Source: an uncultured Gemmatimonadales bacterium
GTDB taxonomy: Bacteria > Gemmatimonadota > Gemmatimonadetes > Longimicrobiales > Longimicrobiaceae
NCBI GenBank assembly: GCA_963716255.1
Contig: OY970303.1
Location: 2,464,001 to 2,528,000, forward strand
Length of the DNA stretch: 64,000 nt
Direction: 5' to 3'
Shown: one piece after another, positions 18,493 through 28,677 of the stretch
Layout of the letters: the number at the start of each line of letters is the position of its first letter
Position numbering within the stretch: position 1 is the first letter of the stretch
Notes under the pieces: generated by a model
The model's database searches: none
What the model was told of the DNA's origin: nothing
What the model saw: the letters and a program-made list of their open reading frames with translations, nothing else
Position numbers and translations under genes: made by a program

Positions 18493-19592
18493 TCCGCCAG
18501 CCGCGCCGAGAAGAAGGGGAGCACGCGGGTGCGAAGCCGCTCGGCGACGCGATCCCCGTGCGTCCCCGCGTATGGCTCGTACACGTGCGGGATCCCCGCG
18601 TGGGCGAGGGCGGCCGCCAGCGCCCGCGTGCTCGCGGGGATGTGCCGGAACGAGTCTTCCGTGCCCGCGTCGAAGGCCAGGCCGCGCAGCCGCGCGAAGC
18701 CGGCCCCGTGCCGCGCCACCAGCGAGTCGGCCGAGACGGCGCTCCAGGCCCCGTGCGCCGGCTCCACCGGCACCAGGCCCCCCGCTCCCGGCCGGAACGG
18801 CAGCGCGATCCCCAGCGGCTGCCCCGCGTCCGGCGAGGTCATGGCGCCGACCGCCAGCGCCAGCCGCGCGCCGAAGCCGGCCCCGGCCAGGTCCTCCCGC
18901 CCGCGCACCCGGCTCGCTTCCGTCCACACCCGCGCGCCCGCCTCGCCGTCCGGCGACAGGTCCGCCCACAGGTCGCCCAGGCAGCAGGGGCTGAGCGCGT
19001 ACGCCGCCCCGAACACCTCCGGGTGGCTCCCCGCCAGCCGGAGCGCCGCGTGCCCCCCCATCGACCACCCCGCGATTCCCCGCCCCGCCGAGCCGCGCAC
19101 CGTGCGGAAGCGCCGGTCCACGTGCCCCACCACCTCGCGCACCAGGAAATCCTCCCACCGCCCCGCCGCCGCCGTGTTGGCGAAGAACGAGCCGCCCAGC
19201 GCGTTCCGGCCGTCCGGCATCACCACGATCATCTCCCGCACCGCGCCCGCGGCCGCCAGCGAGTCCATGGCCCGGGGCAGGCGCATGCGCTCGCCCGCCC
19301 ACTGGTCCGGGTCCCCGTCGAAGCCGTGCAGCAGGTACACCACCGGGTAGCGGCGCGCCGGGCTGGCCGCGTACGACGGCGGCAGGTACACGGCGACCGC
19401 GCGGTCCGCCGCGTCGCCCAGCGGGTTGCCCCGCAGCGCCGCGGAGCGCACGGTGTCGCGGACGACGACCCCGCCCGGGGCGGCGGGCGCTGCCGCGGGT
19501 GCGCCGTCCAGCGCGGGCGGTGCGGCCGCGGGAGCGCAGGAAGCCAGCAGCAGCGCGGCGAGCAGGCGGAAGGCGGTACGCGGGGGAGGCAT
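18471..19592 (-). CDS. Putative esterase (alpha/beta hydrolase) lipoprotein
   Basis: LASC lipobox; YPVVYLLHG; GWSMGG nucleophile elbow. Confidence 0.88.
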   Translation of the reverse strand: MPPPRTAFRLLAALLLASCAPAAAPPALDGAPAAAPAAPGGVVVRDTVRSAALRGNPLGDAADRAVAVYLPPSYAASPARRYPVVYLLHGFDGDPDQWAGERMRLPRAMDSLAAAGAVREMIVVMPDGRNALGGSFFANTAAAGRWEDFLVREVVGHVDRRFRTVRGSAGRGIAGWSMGGHAALRLAGSHPEVFGAAYALSPCCLGDLWADLSPDGEAGARVWTEASRVRGREDLAGAGFGARLALAVGAMTSPDAGQPLGIALPFRPGAGGLVPVEPAHGAWSAVSADSLVARHGAGFARLRGLAFDAGTEDSFRHIPASTRALAAALAHAGIPHVYEPYAGTHGDRVAERLRTRVLPFFSARLADQPSGLR

Positions 19593-19839
19593 GCGGTGCG
19601 GGGAGGGGAGAACCAGAGAGATCAGCGGGCTCGACGGCAAGTTACGGCCGCGGAGCCGGCGGCGCGCCCCCGTGCCCATGCCGCTCGCTCCGCACCGCGC
19701 CGGATCCGCCGCCGCGGAGTGTGCGCAAACCTTGCACACGGCTCACCTCGCCGTGGCACGGCGCTTCCCGTGACGGCGACGCCCGGCGCGGAGCCGTGCG
19801 GCACGCGGGGATCGGGACCGAACGAACGGAGGATCCGGG

Positions 19840-22386
19840 ATGGCGGGCAGCACGCGAGAAGGAGCGGGTGCGGACGCACGGGCGCGGGGCGGGGATACCG
19901 CCGGCCGGCTGTTCGCCGGTGCAGGGGAGGTGCGCGCCCTCTGCCGCGACACGGACTGGGCCGCCACCCCGCTCGGCCCCGCGGACGAGTGGCCGGCCAG
20001 CCTGCGCACCGTGGCGGCGCTGGTGCTCGCCGCGCCCGTGGCGATGGTGGTGCTCTGGGGCCCGGAGCTGGTGCAGGTCTACAACGACGCGTACCGCGAG
20101 GTGATGGGCTCGAAGCACCCCGCCGGCCTGGGGCAGCCCACCCACGAGTGCTGGCCCGAGGTGTGGGAATTCAACTCGCCGCTGTACGAGGGCGTGGCCC
20201 GGCGGGGGGAGTCGTTCACCTTCACCGACCAGCCGCTGGTCCTGGAGTGGGACGGCCGCCGCGAGGAAGCGTTCTTCACCCTCACCTACAGCCCCGTCCC
20301 AGACGACGACGGCGCGGTGGGGGGCGTGCTGGTGACCGTGTTCGAGACCACCGCGCAGGTGCGCGCCAGGGGCGCCCGGGAGCGCGAGCGCGAGCGCCTG
20401 CTGGCCGACAGCGAGGCGGCGCGCGCCCGGGTGACGGCCACGCTGGAAAGCATCGGCGACGCGTTCTACGCCGTGGACGCGGACTTCCGCTTCACCTACG
20501 TGAACCGCAAGGCCGAGGAGCTGTGGGGACGGCCGCGGGAATCCCTGCTGGGCCGGCACTACTGGACCGAGTTCCCGCGGGCCGTGGGAAGCGCTGCGCA
20601 CGGGCACCACCTGCGGGTCATGGCCGAGCGGCGTCCGGCGCACTTCGAGGCGGTCTCGCCCATCATCGACCGCTGGGTGGAGGCGAGCCTCTACCCCGAC
20701 GAGGCGGGCGGCGGGCTGGCCTGCTACTTCCGCGACATCTCCGACCGCAAGGAGGCCGATGCCGAGCGCGAGCGCCTGCTGCGCGAGGCCCGGGCCGCGC
20801 GCGACGACGCCGAGAGGGCCGCCGCGGCCGCCGCCGCGAGCGAGGCGCGGTACCGCACGCTCTTCGACACCATCGACGTGGGATTCTGCGTCATCGAGGT
20901 GATCTTCGACGCGGAGAGCCGGGCGGTGGACTACCGCTTCGTGGAGGCGAATCCCGCGTTCGCGCAGCAGACCGGCCTGGCGGACGCCGTGGGGCACACC
21001 GCGCGCGAGCTGCTCCCCTCTCTGGAGGCGCACTGGTTCGAGACCTACGGCCGGGTTGCCGCGACCGGCGAGGCGGTCCGCTTCCAGAACGGCTCCGAGC
21101 CCATGGGCCGCTGGTTCGACGTGTACGCGTTCCGGGTGGGCCCGTCCGGGGAGCGGCGGGTCGCCATCCTCTTCACCGACGTCACCGCCGTGCACGCCGC
21201 CGCCCGGGAGCGTGAGCGTCTGCTGGCGGAGCTGGGCGCCGAGCGCGAGCTGCTGCGCTCCATCATCCTCCACATGCCGGCGCCGCTGGCGCTGCTCGTG
21301 GGCCCCGACCACCGCTTCGACATCGTCAACGACGCGTTCCGCCGCGTCAGCGGCGGGGGCCGCGACGTCACCGGCCTGACGCCCCACGAAGCGTTCCCGG
21401 AGCTGGAAGGCCAGCCCTTCTTCGAGCTGCACGACCGGGTGTACCAGACCGGCGAGCCGTGGGGAAGGCCCGAGACCCCCGTCCGCTACGACCGCGACGG
21501 GACCGGTGTCCAGGACACCTGGTTCGACATGCGCTTCGAGCCGGTGCGCGACGCGGAGGGCCGGGTCGTCGCCATCCTCAACTTCGCGGTGGACGTGACC
21601 GACCAGGTCCGCGCCCGCCGCCAGGTGGAAGGCTTCCTCGCCGAGAGCGAGCACGCGCGCGCCGACGCGGAGTCGGCGCGCGCGGAGGCGGAGGCCGCGA
21701 ACCGCGCCAAGAGCGAGTTCCTGGCGGTGATGAGCCACGAGCTGCGCACCCCGCTCAACGCCATCGGCGGCTACGCGGAGCTCCTGGAGATGGGGATCCG
21801 GGGACCGGTGACCCCACAGCAGCAGGAGGACCTGCGGCGCATCCAGACCAGCCAGCGCCACCTGCTGGGGCTGATCAACGAGGTGCTCAACTACGCCAAG
21901 CTGGAGACCGGTACCGTTCACTACGACGTGGCCGATGTCCCGGTGCGCGAGGCCGTGACGGGGGCGGAGCTGCTGGTGGCGCCGCAGGCGCGCAGCAAGG
22001 GGATCGCCCTTGCCGTGACCGACTGCCCGCACGCGCTGGAGGTGCGCGCCGACGCCGAGAAGCTGCGGCAGATCGTGGTCAACCTGCTTTCCAACGCCGT
22101 CAAGTTCACCGACCGGGGCGGGCGCGTGGAGGTGTCCTGCGCGCGGGAGGACGCGCGGGTGGCGATCCGGGTGCGCGACACGGGGATCGGGATCCCGGCG
22201 GACAAGCTGGAGGCCGTCTTCGATCCGTTCGTCCAGGTGCGCTCCGACCTCGCGCGCCCGCACGAGGGCACGGGGCTGGGGCTGGCCATCAGCCGCGACC
22301 TGGCGCGCGGCATGGGCGGCGACCTCGCCGCCGAGAGCGCGCCGGGCGTGGGGAGCACCTTCACGCTGACGCTGCCGGCGGCCTGA
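19840..22386 (+). CDS. Multi-PAS sensor histidine kinase
   Basis: About four PAS-like domains; MSHELRTPLN H-box; NLLSNAVKFT, DTGIGI and GTGLGL boxes. Confidence 0.93.
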   Translation: MAGSTREGAGADARARGGDTAGRLFAGAGEVRALCRDTDWAATPLGPADEWPASLRTVAALVLAAPVAMVVLWGPELVQVYNDAYREVMGSKHPAGLGQPTHECWPEVWEFNSPLYEGVARRGESFTFTDQPLVLEWDGRREEAFFTLTYSPVPDDDGAVGGVLVTVFETTAQVRARGARERERERLLADSEAARARVTATLESIGDAFYAVDADFRFTYVNRKAEELWGRPRESLLGRHYWTEFPRAVGSAAHGHHLRVMAERRPAHFEAVSPIIDRWVEASLYPDEAGGGLACYFRDISDRKEADAERERLLREARAARDDAERAAAAAAASEARYRTLFDTIDVGFCVIEVIFDAESRAVDYRFVEANPAFAQQTGLADAVGHTARELLPSLEAHWFETYGRVAATGEAVRFQNGSEPMGRWFDVYAFRVGPSGERRVAILFTDVTAVHAAARERERLLAELGAERELLRSIILHMPAPLALLVGPDHRFDIVNDAFRRVSGGGRDVTGLTPHEAFPELEGQPFFELHDRVYQTGEPWGRPETPVRYDRDGTGVQDTWFDMRFEPVRDAEGRVVAILNFAVDVTDQVRARRQVEGFLAESEHARADAESARAEAEAANRAKSEFLAVMSHELRTPLNAIGGYAELLEMGIRGPVTPQQQEDLRRIQTSQRHLLGLINEVLNYAKLETGTVHYDVADVPVREAVTGAELLVAPQARSKGIALAVTDCPHALEVRADAEKLRQIVVNLLSNAVKFTDRGGRVEVSCAREDARVAIRVRDTGIGIPADKLEAVFDPFVQVRSDLARPHEGTGLGLAISRDLARGMGGDLAAESAPGVGSTFTLTLPAA

Positions 22387-22407
22387 GCCGCCCCGGTCCC
22401 CGACGCC

Positions 22408-22472
22408 CTCCCCCGCAACGGGGGATGTAGGGGGCGAGCCGTGCGAGCCTCAAGCGAGCCGGGTGGGGGCCC
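22408..22472. repeat. REP-like element, family 3
   Basis: GCGAGCCTCAAGCGAGCCGGGTGGGGGC is nearly the reverse complement of 39240-39267; TCCCCCG/CGGGGGA hairpin. Confidence 0.6.
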
Positions 22473-22495
22473 CCAGCGGACGCCAGCGCGAGCCC

Positions 22496-22625
22496 CGCGT
22501 GAGGGATTTCGGCCCGAAGGGGCGAGACCTGGCGGCCGTTTGCCGGGGCTCGACTCCGTTGCACACGGTTGTTTCGTGTGCTACGGAGCCGAAGCCCGAC
22601 CCCCGCGCCAGCCGGGGGCACGCCC
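22496..22625 (+). repeat. Family 1 repeat, copy C
   Basis: Matches the family 1 consensus; lies between convergent genes. Confidence 0.9.
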
Positions 22626-22653
22626 GGACCCGCAGTTGAAAGCCGTTCCGTCG

Positions 22654-25317
22654 TCAGGGGTTCAGCCAGTAGTTGACCTTGATCAGGAACACGTTGTCCG
22701 GCCGTGCGCTGAACAGCGCGCTCCGGTCGCGGTTCAGGCTGAAGTCCCCCACCACGTCCTCGTCGAAGCGCCGCTGCTGCCACGCCACGTACAGCGTGGA
22801 GCCCGGCCGCCACTCCCACCGCAGCACCGCGTTGCCGCGCAGGAAGCGCTGGTTGAAGTCGCGCTGCGAAAAGAACTGCCCGAAGCGGAAGGGCGCCGCC
22901 GGCCCGACCCCGTCCGGGTCCGCCGTGAACGAGCCGTCGTCGTTGCGCGCCAGCGTCCCGCGGTCGCGGCCGTACACCGCGAAGTCGAAGGTGCGCGCCG
23001 CCTCCAGCTCCTTGTAGTCGCCGAAGTCCGCCGCGCTGATCAGCGGCTGCGCGAAGAGCTGCAGCGTCAGCCGCGGCGTGAAGGTGAGGTCCAGCCGGGT
23101 GTCCAGCGACAGCTCCGTCTGCTCCAGGTCCGCGAACACGTAGCGCCGCCCGAAGGTCGCCGTCGCGAGCTCGTCGCGCACCGAGGCCACGTACTGCGCC
23201 TCCACCTGGTTGCGCACGAACGCCGGGCCCACGCTCAGCGTCCACCGCGGCGAGGGGCGCAGTGTCACCCCCGCGTCCGCCTGCACGCTGCCCCCGCCCG
23301 CCGCGTCCTCGCCGTAGTAGGCGGAGGCGTACCCCGTCACCCCCTTGCGCGGGTCGGAGTTCAGCGCCAGGTACACCCGCCCGTCCGCGGGGCGCCTGGC
23401 CAGCGGGCCGCCGCGCGTCAGCCGGTCGTCCGTGCTGGCGAGCGAGTAGCCCGCGTTGAAGGCCACGCTCCAGTAGTTGCGCAGGAGCCAGTTGCTCCCC
23501 ACGAAGAGCGTGTTGCCGATGTGGTCGCCGTCGTAGTTGCCGTCCAGCCGGGCCTGCCCCTGCACCCGCCAGTTGCGGAAGGTGGGCCCCGGCGTGTTCT
23601 CCAGGTAGGTGACGGACGCGGTGCCGCGCAGCAGGTCGGAGCGGGTGCTGAAGCCCAGGTCGTTGATCTCGTAGCCGGGGCTGACGGTGGTCACCGCCGC
23701 GCTCCCCCGCCAGTGCCGCCCCGCCTGCCGGGCCAGCGTCACCTCGCCGGCCAGCCCGGCGAGCGAGGTCGCCAGCGTGTCCAGCTCCACGTGCCCCGCG
23801 TCCGGCCGCTGGAAGTAGCGCGCGGAGGAGCGCTGCGCCGCCCCGATCACCCCGCGCGCGCCCGAGATGGTGCTCCCCGCGGCGTACCCGCTCAGCACCC
23901 AGCTGCGCCGCGCCCACTCGTGGCGGAAGTCCGCCCCGCCCGCGTACGCCGAGGAGCGCAGCGACGCTTCCAGCGCCGCGCCGTCCAGGTCGCGGCTCAC
24001 CGCCGTGGCGATGGCGCCCAGCGACGTCTGCCCCGAGCGGAAGTCGCGGCGGGCGCGCCCCACCAGGTAGTTGGTCAGCGGCTCCACCACGAAGCGGTCG
24101 GCCGGCGCGCCCGGCTCCGCGTCGAACGGGCGGAAGCGCACCTCCTCGCGCTCGGTCAGCGCCTCCATCAGCCCCACCGACCACCCGCCCGTCTTCCCCG
24201 AGAGCTTCGCCGCGCCCAGGATGGTGGTGGCCACCAGCTCCTCCGCCGAGCCCGGCGCGAACAGCTGCGGCGTGCGGCCGATGCGGCGCGTGTAGAACAG
24301 CGCCGACGCGCCGGCCCCCGTGTAGAAGTTGAAGTTGTCCGTCCCCTCGATGAAGAAGGGGCGCTTCTCCGGGAAGAAGGTCTCGAACGCCGTCAGGTTG
24401 ACCACCGCCGGGTCCACCTCCACCTGCCCGAAGTCCGGGTTGAGGGTGGCGTCCAGCGTCAGGTTGGAGGTGACGCGGTACTTGAGGTCCAGCCCCCCGG
24501 AAACCCCGTACTCCGAGTCGGTGCGGAAGGGGTTCCCGGCCGGGTCCACGTACTCCGCCTTGGCCACCGTGTAGGGGAGGATCTCCAGCCGCTTGCCGGG
24601 GCGGATGTCGCGCAGCCCGTGCAGGTGTCCGTAGCGCGCGATCCCCCCGCGCTCCTTCTTGGGGGTGAAGGAAAAGACCGAGTACTCCTGGTTGCGGCGG
24701 ATGACCCGCTCGATCTGGATCCCCCAGGTCTGCTCCGCGGCCGGGGAGAAGCGCAGCTGCGAGAAGGGGATGCGGTACTCCGCCGTCCACCCCGCGGAGT
24801 CCGCCGTGGCCGCCCCCTCCCACACCGGGTCCCAGGAGTTGTCGTCCACGTCGCCGATCTTGAGGGCGTCGCGCCGCACGCCGGCCGGGTTCAGGTCGAA
24901 GCTGAAGGCGGTGCGGTGGTCGTGGTAGCTGTCCACCACCAGCCCCACCCAGTCCGAGTCGCCCAGCGGCATGTCGCGCCGGCCCAGCCGCGAGGACACG
25001 GGCGAGCGGTCCCACAGCCGCACCCCCACGTACAGCGCCTCCCCGTCGTACAGGATGCGCGCCTCCGTCCGCTCGCTCACCGGCGTCCCCTCGGCGGGGT
25101 CCCACTGGGTGAAGTCGCTCACCGGGACGGCGGCGGCCCACGCCTCGTCGTCCAGGCGCCCGTCCACGCGGATGGAGCCGACCGTGCGGGTGGCCATGGC
25201 CACCGGGTCGGCGGCGTGCGCGTCGCGCGAGGCGGGCTGCGCCGGGGGCGCGGACTGCGCCGCCGCCGCGTAGGGGACGGCCAGCAGGGCAAGGAGCGAA
25301 AGGACCGGACGGTTCAT
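22654..25317 (-). CDS. CBM9-like/DUF5916 outer-membrane protein
   Basis: Signal peptide; VDGRLDDEAW; LNPDFGQVEVD, FFPEKRPFFIEG and LFYTRRIG motifs; ends KVNYWLNP. Confidence 0.88.
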   Translation of the reverse strand: MNRPVLSLLALLAVPYAAAAQSAPPAQPASRDAHAADPVAMATRTVGSIRVDGRLDDEAWAAAVPVSDFTQWDPAEGTPVSERTEARILYDGEALYVGVRLWDRSPVSSRLGRRDMPLGDSDWVGLVVDSYHDHRTAFSFDLNPAGVRRDALKIGDVDDNSWDPVWEGAATADSAGWTAEYRIPFSQLRFSPAAEQTWGIQIERVIRRNQEYSVFSFTPKKERGGIARYGHLHGLRDIRPGKRLEILPYTVAKAEYVDPAGNPFRTDSEYGVSGGLDLKYRVTSNLTLDATLNPDFGQVEVDPAVVNLTAFETFFPEKRPFFIEGTDNFNFYTGAGASALFYTRRIGRTPQLFAPGSAEELVATTILGAAKLSGKTGGWSVGLMEALTEREEVRFRPFDAEPGAPADRFVVEPLTNYLVGRARRDFRSGQTSLGAIATAVSRDLDGAALEASLRSSAYAGGADFRHEWARRSWVLSGYAAGSTISGARGVIGAAQRSSARYFQRPDAGHVELDTLATSLAGLAGEVTLARQAGRHWRGSAAVTTVSPGYEINDLGFSTRSDLLRGTASVTYLENTPGPTFRNWRVQGQARLDGNYDGDHIGNTLFVGSNWLLRNYWSVAFNAGYSLASTDDRLTRGGPLARRPADGRVYLALNSDPRKGVTGYASAYYGEDAAGGGSVQADAGVTLRPSPRWTLSVGPAFVRNQVEAQYVASVRDELATATFGRRYVFADLEQTELSLDTRLDLTFTPRLTLQLFAQPLISAADFGDYKELEAARTFDFAVYGRDRGTLARNDDGSFTADPDGVGPAAPFRFGQFFSQRDFNQRFLRGNAVLRWEWRPGSTLYVAWQQRRFDEDVVGDFSLNRDRSALFSARPDNVFLIKVNYWLNP

Positions 25318-25543
25318 GGGACGCTGCGGCGGGGAGAGCGGTGCGCGGCCGGACGGAGCCGGACGTGGAGGGCGGCGCGGTGGGGCCGCGCCGCCCTGAA
25401 TATCATGACGGGAAATGGATTTCGCCACCCCGCGGGGACGGGGCGCGCGGCGCGGGGACGGACGGCATCGTGGCGGTGCGGAGTGTTGGAATCCCTTGAC
25501 CGCGCGGGTAGATTGCGGGCACGCCACCCGAGCCGAGCCGCCC

Positions 25544-25804
25544 ATGATCCGCCTGAACGATTCCCTGCCCGACGACGACCTGGAGGAGGCATTCCCCCTG
25601 GGCGACGGCACCGCCGACACGGGCGCCGTGGTGCGCTGCCCGTACTGCTGGGAGGAGAACCCCATCGCGCTGGACCCGGGGAGCGGGACGGTGCAGGAGT
25701 ACGTGGAGGACTGCCAGGTGTGCTGCCGCCCCTGGACGGTGCACGTGTCGTACGGGGCGGATGGGAGCGCCGACGTCGAGGTGGAGGCGGCGGACGACGC
25801 GTGA
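25544..25804 (+). CDS. CPXCG motif-containing cysteine-rich protein
   Basis: CPYCWE and YVEDCQVCCRP motifs. Confidence 0.88.
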   Translation: MIRLNDSLPDDDLEEAFPLGDGTADTGAVVRCPYCWEENPIALDPGSGTVQEYVEDCQVCCRPWTVHVSYGADGSADVEVEAADDA

Positions 25805-25859
25805 GGTCGTGTTGTCCAGCGAGAGGCACGAACCGCTGAACGGCGCGAACTGCGGGGTT

Positions 25860-25988
25860 GGGCGTGCCCCCGCTGGCGCGGGGTCGGGCTGCGCGCGCTG
25901 TAGGACACGAAACTACCGTGTCCTACAGCGGCGAGCCCCGGCAAACTGCCGCCGGGTCTCGCCCCTCCGGGCGCGCATCCCTCACGCG
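25860..25988 (-). repeat. Family 1 repeat, copy D (diverged)
   Basis: Reverse complement; stems changed but still paired (CTGTAGGACACG/CGTGTCCTACAG). Confidence 0.8.
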
Positions 25989-25993
25989 GCTCC

Positions 25994-26572
25994 GTGGTGA
26001 GGCCGGCCGGCGGCGGCGACCGGCTGGCGCGCTGGGCGGCGCACCCGCTGGGGCCGGCGGTCCTGTTCCTGTCCGCGGTGGCGGAGGCGTGCCTCTTCCC
26101 GGCCCCCACCGAGGCGGTGTTCCTGGCGCTCGCCGTGGGCGAGCCCCGCCGCGCGCCGCGCCTGGCGGCGCTGGCCGCGGCCGGCGGGCTGCTGGGCGCC
26201 GCGCTGGGCTACTGGCTGGGCGCGGCGCTCTTTGCGCGGCTGGGGCGGCCGGTGCTGGACGCGTACGGGCTGATGCCGCGCTTCGCCGCCATGGGCGAGC
26301 TGTACCGCGGCAGCCTGTCCGCGGCGCTCGCCACCTCCGGCTACACGCCGGTCCCCTTCGTCCTCTACACCATCGCGGGAGGCGCCTTCCGCGTCCCGCT
26401 GCTCCACTTCCTCGCCGGCGCCTTCGTGGGCCGCGCGCTCAAGTACGCCGTGCTCGCCGCGCTGGCGTGGTGGCTGGGCCCCGCCGTGCACGCCTTCCTC
26501 GCCCGGCACCTGCGCTGGGCGATGCTCGCCGCGGTGGCGCTTGCCGCCGCGCTCCTGGCCGCGCGGCTCTGA
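25994..26572 (+). CDS. YqaA/DedA (VTT domain) membrane protein
   Basis: AEACLFPAPTE, GAALGYWLG, TPVPF and GRALKY motifs; start uncertain. Confidence 0.85.
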   Translation: MVRPAGGGDRLARWAAHPLGPAVLFLSAVAEACLFPAPTEAVFLALAVGEPRRAPRLAALAAAGGLLGAALGYWLGAALFARLGRPVLDAYGLMPRFAAMGELYRGSLSAALATSGYTPVPFVLYTIAGGAFRVPLLHFLAGAFVGRALKYAVLAALAWWLGPAVHAFLARHLRWAMLAAVALAAALLAARL

Positions 26573-26611
26573 CCGCGCCCCGGCGAGTGGACGCCGTTGC
26601 CGTTGTAGTTG

Positions 26612-26760
26612 CAGTTCCGCAGTACCCGCATGAATCTGTTCGGGGGGAGACTCGCCGGCTGTTTGGCGAGTCTCCCCCCGGCGGAGGGAGACACCGGGGC
26701 AGTTTCCGGTGGCTCCCGGAGCCCGCGTAGGAAACAGGCCGGCTGTTTGGCCTGGTTCCG
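26612..26760 (+). repeat. Dispersed multi-hairpin repeat, family 2
   Basis: Three tandem hairpins, each with a GGC[AT]GTTT loop. Confidence 0.85.
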
Positions 26761-26859
26761 GAGCGGCCCGTCCACACCACCGCGACACCCCGGCACAGCT
26801 CTTCCATCGACACCCGCGGCTCGACAGACCGACCGCCCCGCAGCCGGAGCAGCCAACCC

Positions 26860-28677
26860 ATGGCCGACGAAAAGCCTTCCTTCACGCGCCAGCTCTTCAG
26901 CGGCGTGATCGACGACGACATCCTCCTCCCCTATCCGCGCATCACCGCCGACGAGAACCGCCGCGTGGAGGCGTTCCTGAAACAGCTGCGCGACTACTGC
27001 GAGGCCCACGTGGACCGCGAGTGGATCGACGAGCACGAGCGCATCCCGGACAACGTCGTCGAGGAACTGAAGCGCATGGGCCTGTTCGGCATCTCCATCC
27101 CGGTGGAATTCGGCGGGATGGGATTGTCGCAGAGCGCCTACTGCCGCGTGTTCGAGTTCATCACCGGCTACGACGTGGGGCTGGCGATCATGCTGGGGGT
27201 GCACCTTTCCATCGGCATCAAGGGGATCCAGCTCGCCGGCAGCGACGCGCAGAAACAGCTGTACCTCCCCAAGGCGGCCACGGGGGAGTGGTTCGCCTCC
27301 TTCGCGCTGACCGAGCCGCTGGCCGGGAGCGACGCGCAGGGGATCCGCTCGCGCGCCGAGCCCGCCGGAGATGGGAGCTGGGTGCTGAACGGCAGCAAGA
27401 TCTGGATCGGCAACGGCTCGTTCTCGCAGGTGATCGTGGCCTTTGCGCAGACGCCCGTGGAGCGCGACGGAAAGACCGTGGACCGGGTGAGCGCCTTCAT
27501 CCTGCGGCCGGACATGCCGGGCTACGAGCGCGGGCCGGAGCTGCGGAAGATGGGGGCGCGCGGATCCAACCAGGCGGAGCTGCACTTCCGCGACGTGCGC
27601 GTCCCCCCGGAGAACGTGCTGGGCGTTCCCGGCGAGGGCTTCAAGATCGCCATGCGGGTGCTCAACTCGGGGCGGCAGGGGTTGTCGGCGGGGGCGGCGG
27701 GGGGGATCAAGGGGGCGCTGCGCATGGCGACCACGTACGCCCGCGAGCGCGAGCAGTTCGGCGCGCCCATCGCCAGCTACGAGCTGATCCAGGGGAAGCT
27801 GGCGGCCATGGCGGCGGACGCGCTCACGGCGGAGAGCGTGGCGTACTTCACCACCGGGCTGGCGGACCGCGGCGACGTGGACTACGCGCTGGAGTCCGCC
27901 GCGGCAAAGGTGTGGAACTCGGACGCGCTGGACCGCGCGGTGGACGAAGTGGTGCAGATCGCGGGGGGGCGCGGCTTCGTGAAGGGGTACCCGTACGAGC
28001 GCATGTACCGCGACGCGCGCATCACCCGCATCTTCGAGGGGACCAACGAGGTGCTGCGGCTGTTCGTGGGGCTCTCGGGGATGCAGGAGCCGGGGGAGCG
28101 GCTGCGGGAGATCGGCGCGGCTCTTCGCGAGCCCATCACCCAGCTGGGGCTGCTCACCGACTTCGCGGCGGACCGGGTGCGGCTGGCGCTGGGGCGGGGG
28201 GAGCCGGCGGTGCAGCGCGAGGTGCACCCCCGGCTGAAGGCGCACTTCGACTACCTGGTGGAGCACACCCGCGACCTGCGCGTGGCGACCGAGCGGGTGA
28301 TCCGCCGCTTCGGGAGCCGGGTGGTGGACCGGCAGTTCGTGGTCGCGCGCGTCGCGGACATGGCGACGGAGCTGTACGTGCGGGCGGCGACCCTGTCGCG
28401 GGTGCAGGCGGTGCTGGAGGCGCACGGCGCGGGGGAGGCGGAAACGCCGGCGCTCGCCGGGCCGCCCGTGCCGCTGGACGACGCGGCCGTGGAGCGGCTG
28501 CTGCGCCTCACCGACCTGGCGGTGCAGCGCTCGGGGCTGCGCTTCCGCGACGCGCGCGAGGCGCTGAACGACGCGCGCGACGACCTGGTGCGGGAGGTGG
28601 CTGCGGACGTGCTGCGGACGGAGGACGCGGCGGCGGGCCCGGCCCCCGCGGTGGAGGCGGGCGCGGCGTCGCGCTAG
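26860..28677 (+). CDS. Acyl-CoA dehydrogenase (ACAD9/VLCAD-like)
   Basis: FALTEPLAGSD, LNGSKIWI, REQFGAPI and RIFEGTNE motifs; C-terminal extension. Confidence 0.93.
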   Translation: MADEKPSFTRQLFSGVIDDDILLPYPRITADENRRVEAFLKQLRDYCEAHVDREWIDEHERIPDNVVEELKRMGLFGISIPVEFGGMGLSQSAYCRVFEFITGYDVGLAIMLGVHLSIGIKGIQLAGSDAQKQLYLPKAATGEWFASFALTEPLAGSDAQGIRSRAEPAGDGSWVLNGSKIWIGNGSFSQVIVAFAQTPVERDGKTVDRVSAFILRPDMPGYERGPELRKMGARGSNQAELHFRDVRVPPENVLGVPGEGFKIAMRVLNSGRQGLSAGAAGGIKGALRMATTYAREREQFGAPIASYELIQGKLAAMAADALTAESVAYFTTGLADRGDVDYALESAAAKVWNSDALDRAVDEVVQIAGGRGFVKGYPYERMYRDARITRIFEGTNEVLRLFVGLSGMQEPGERLREIGAALREPITQLGLLTDFAADRVRLALGRGEPAVQREVHPRLKAHFDYLVEHTRDLRVATERVIRRFGSRVVDRQFVVARVADMATELYVRAATLSRVQAVLEAHGAGEAETPALAGPPVPLDDAAVERLLRLTDLAVQRSGLRFRDAREALNDARDDLVREVAADVLRTEDAAAGPAPAVEAGAASR

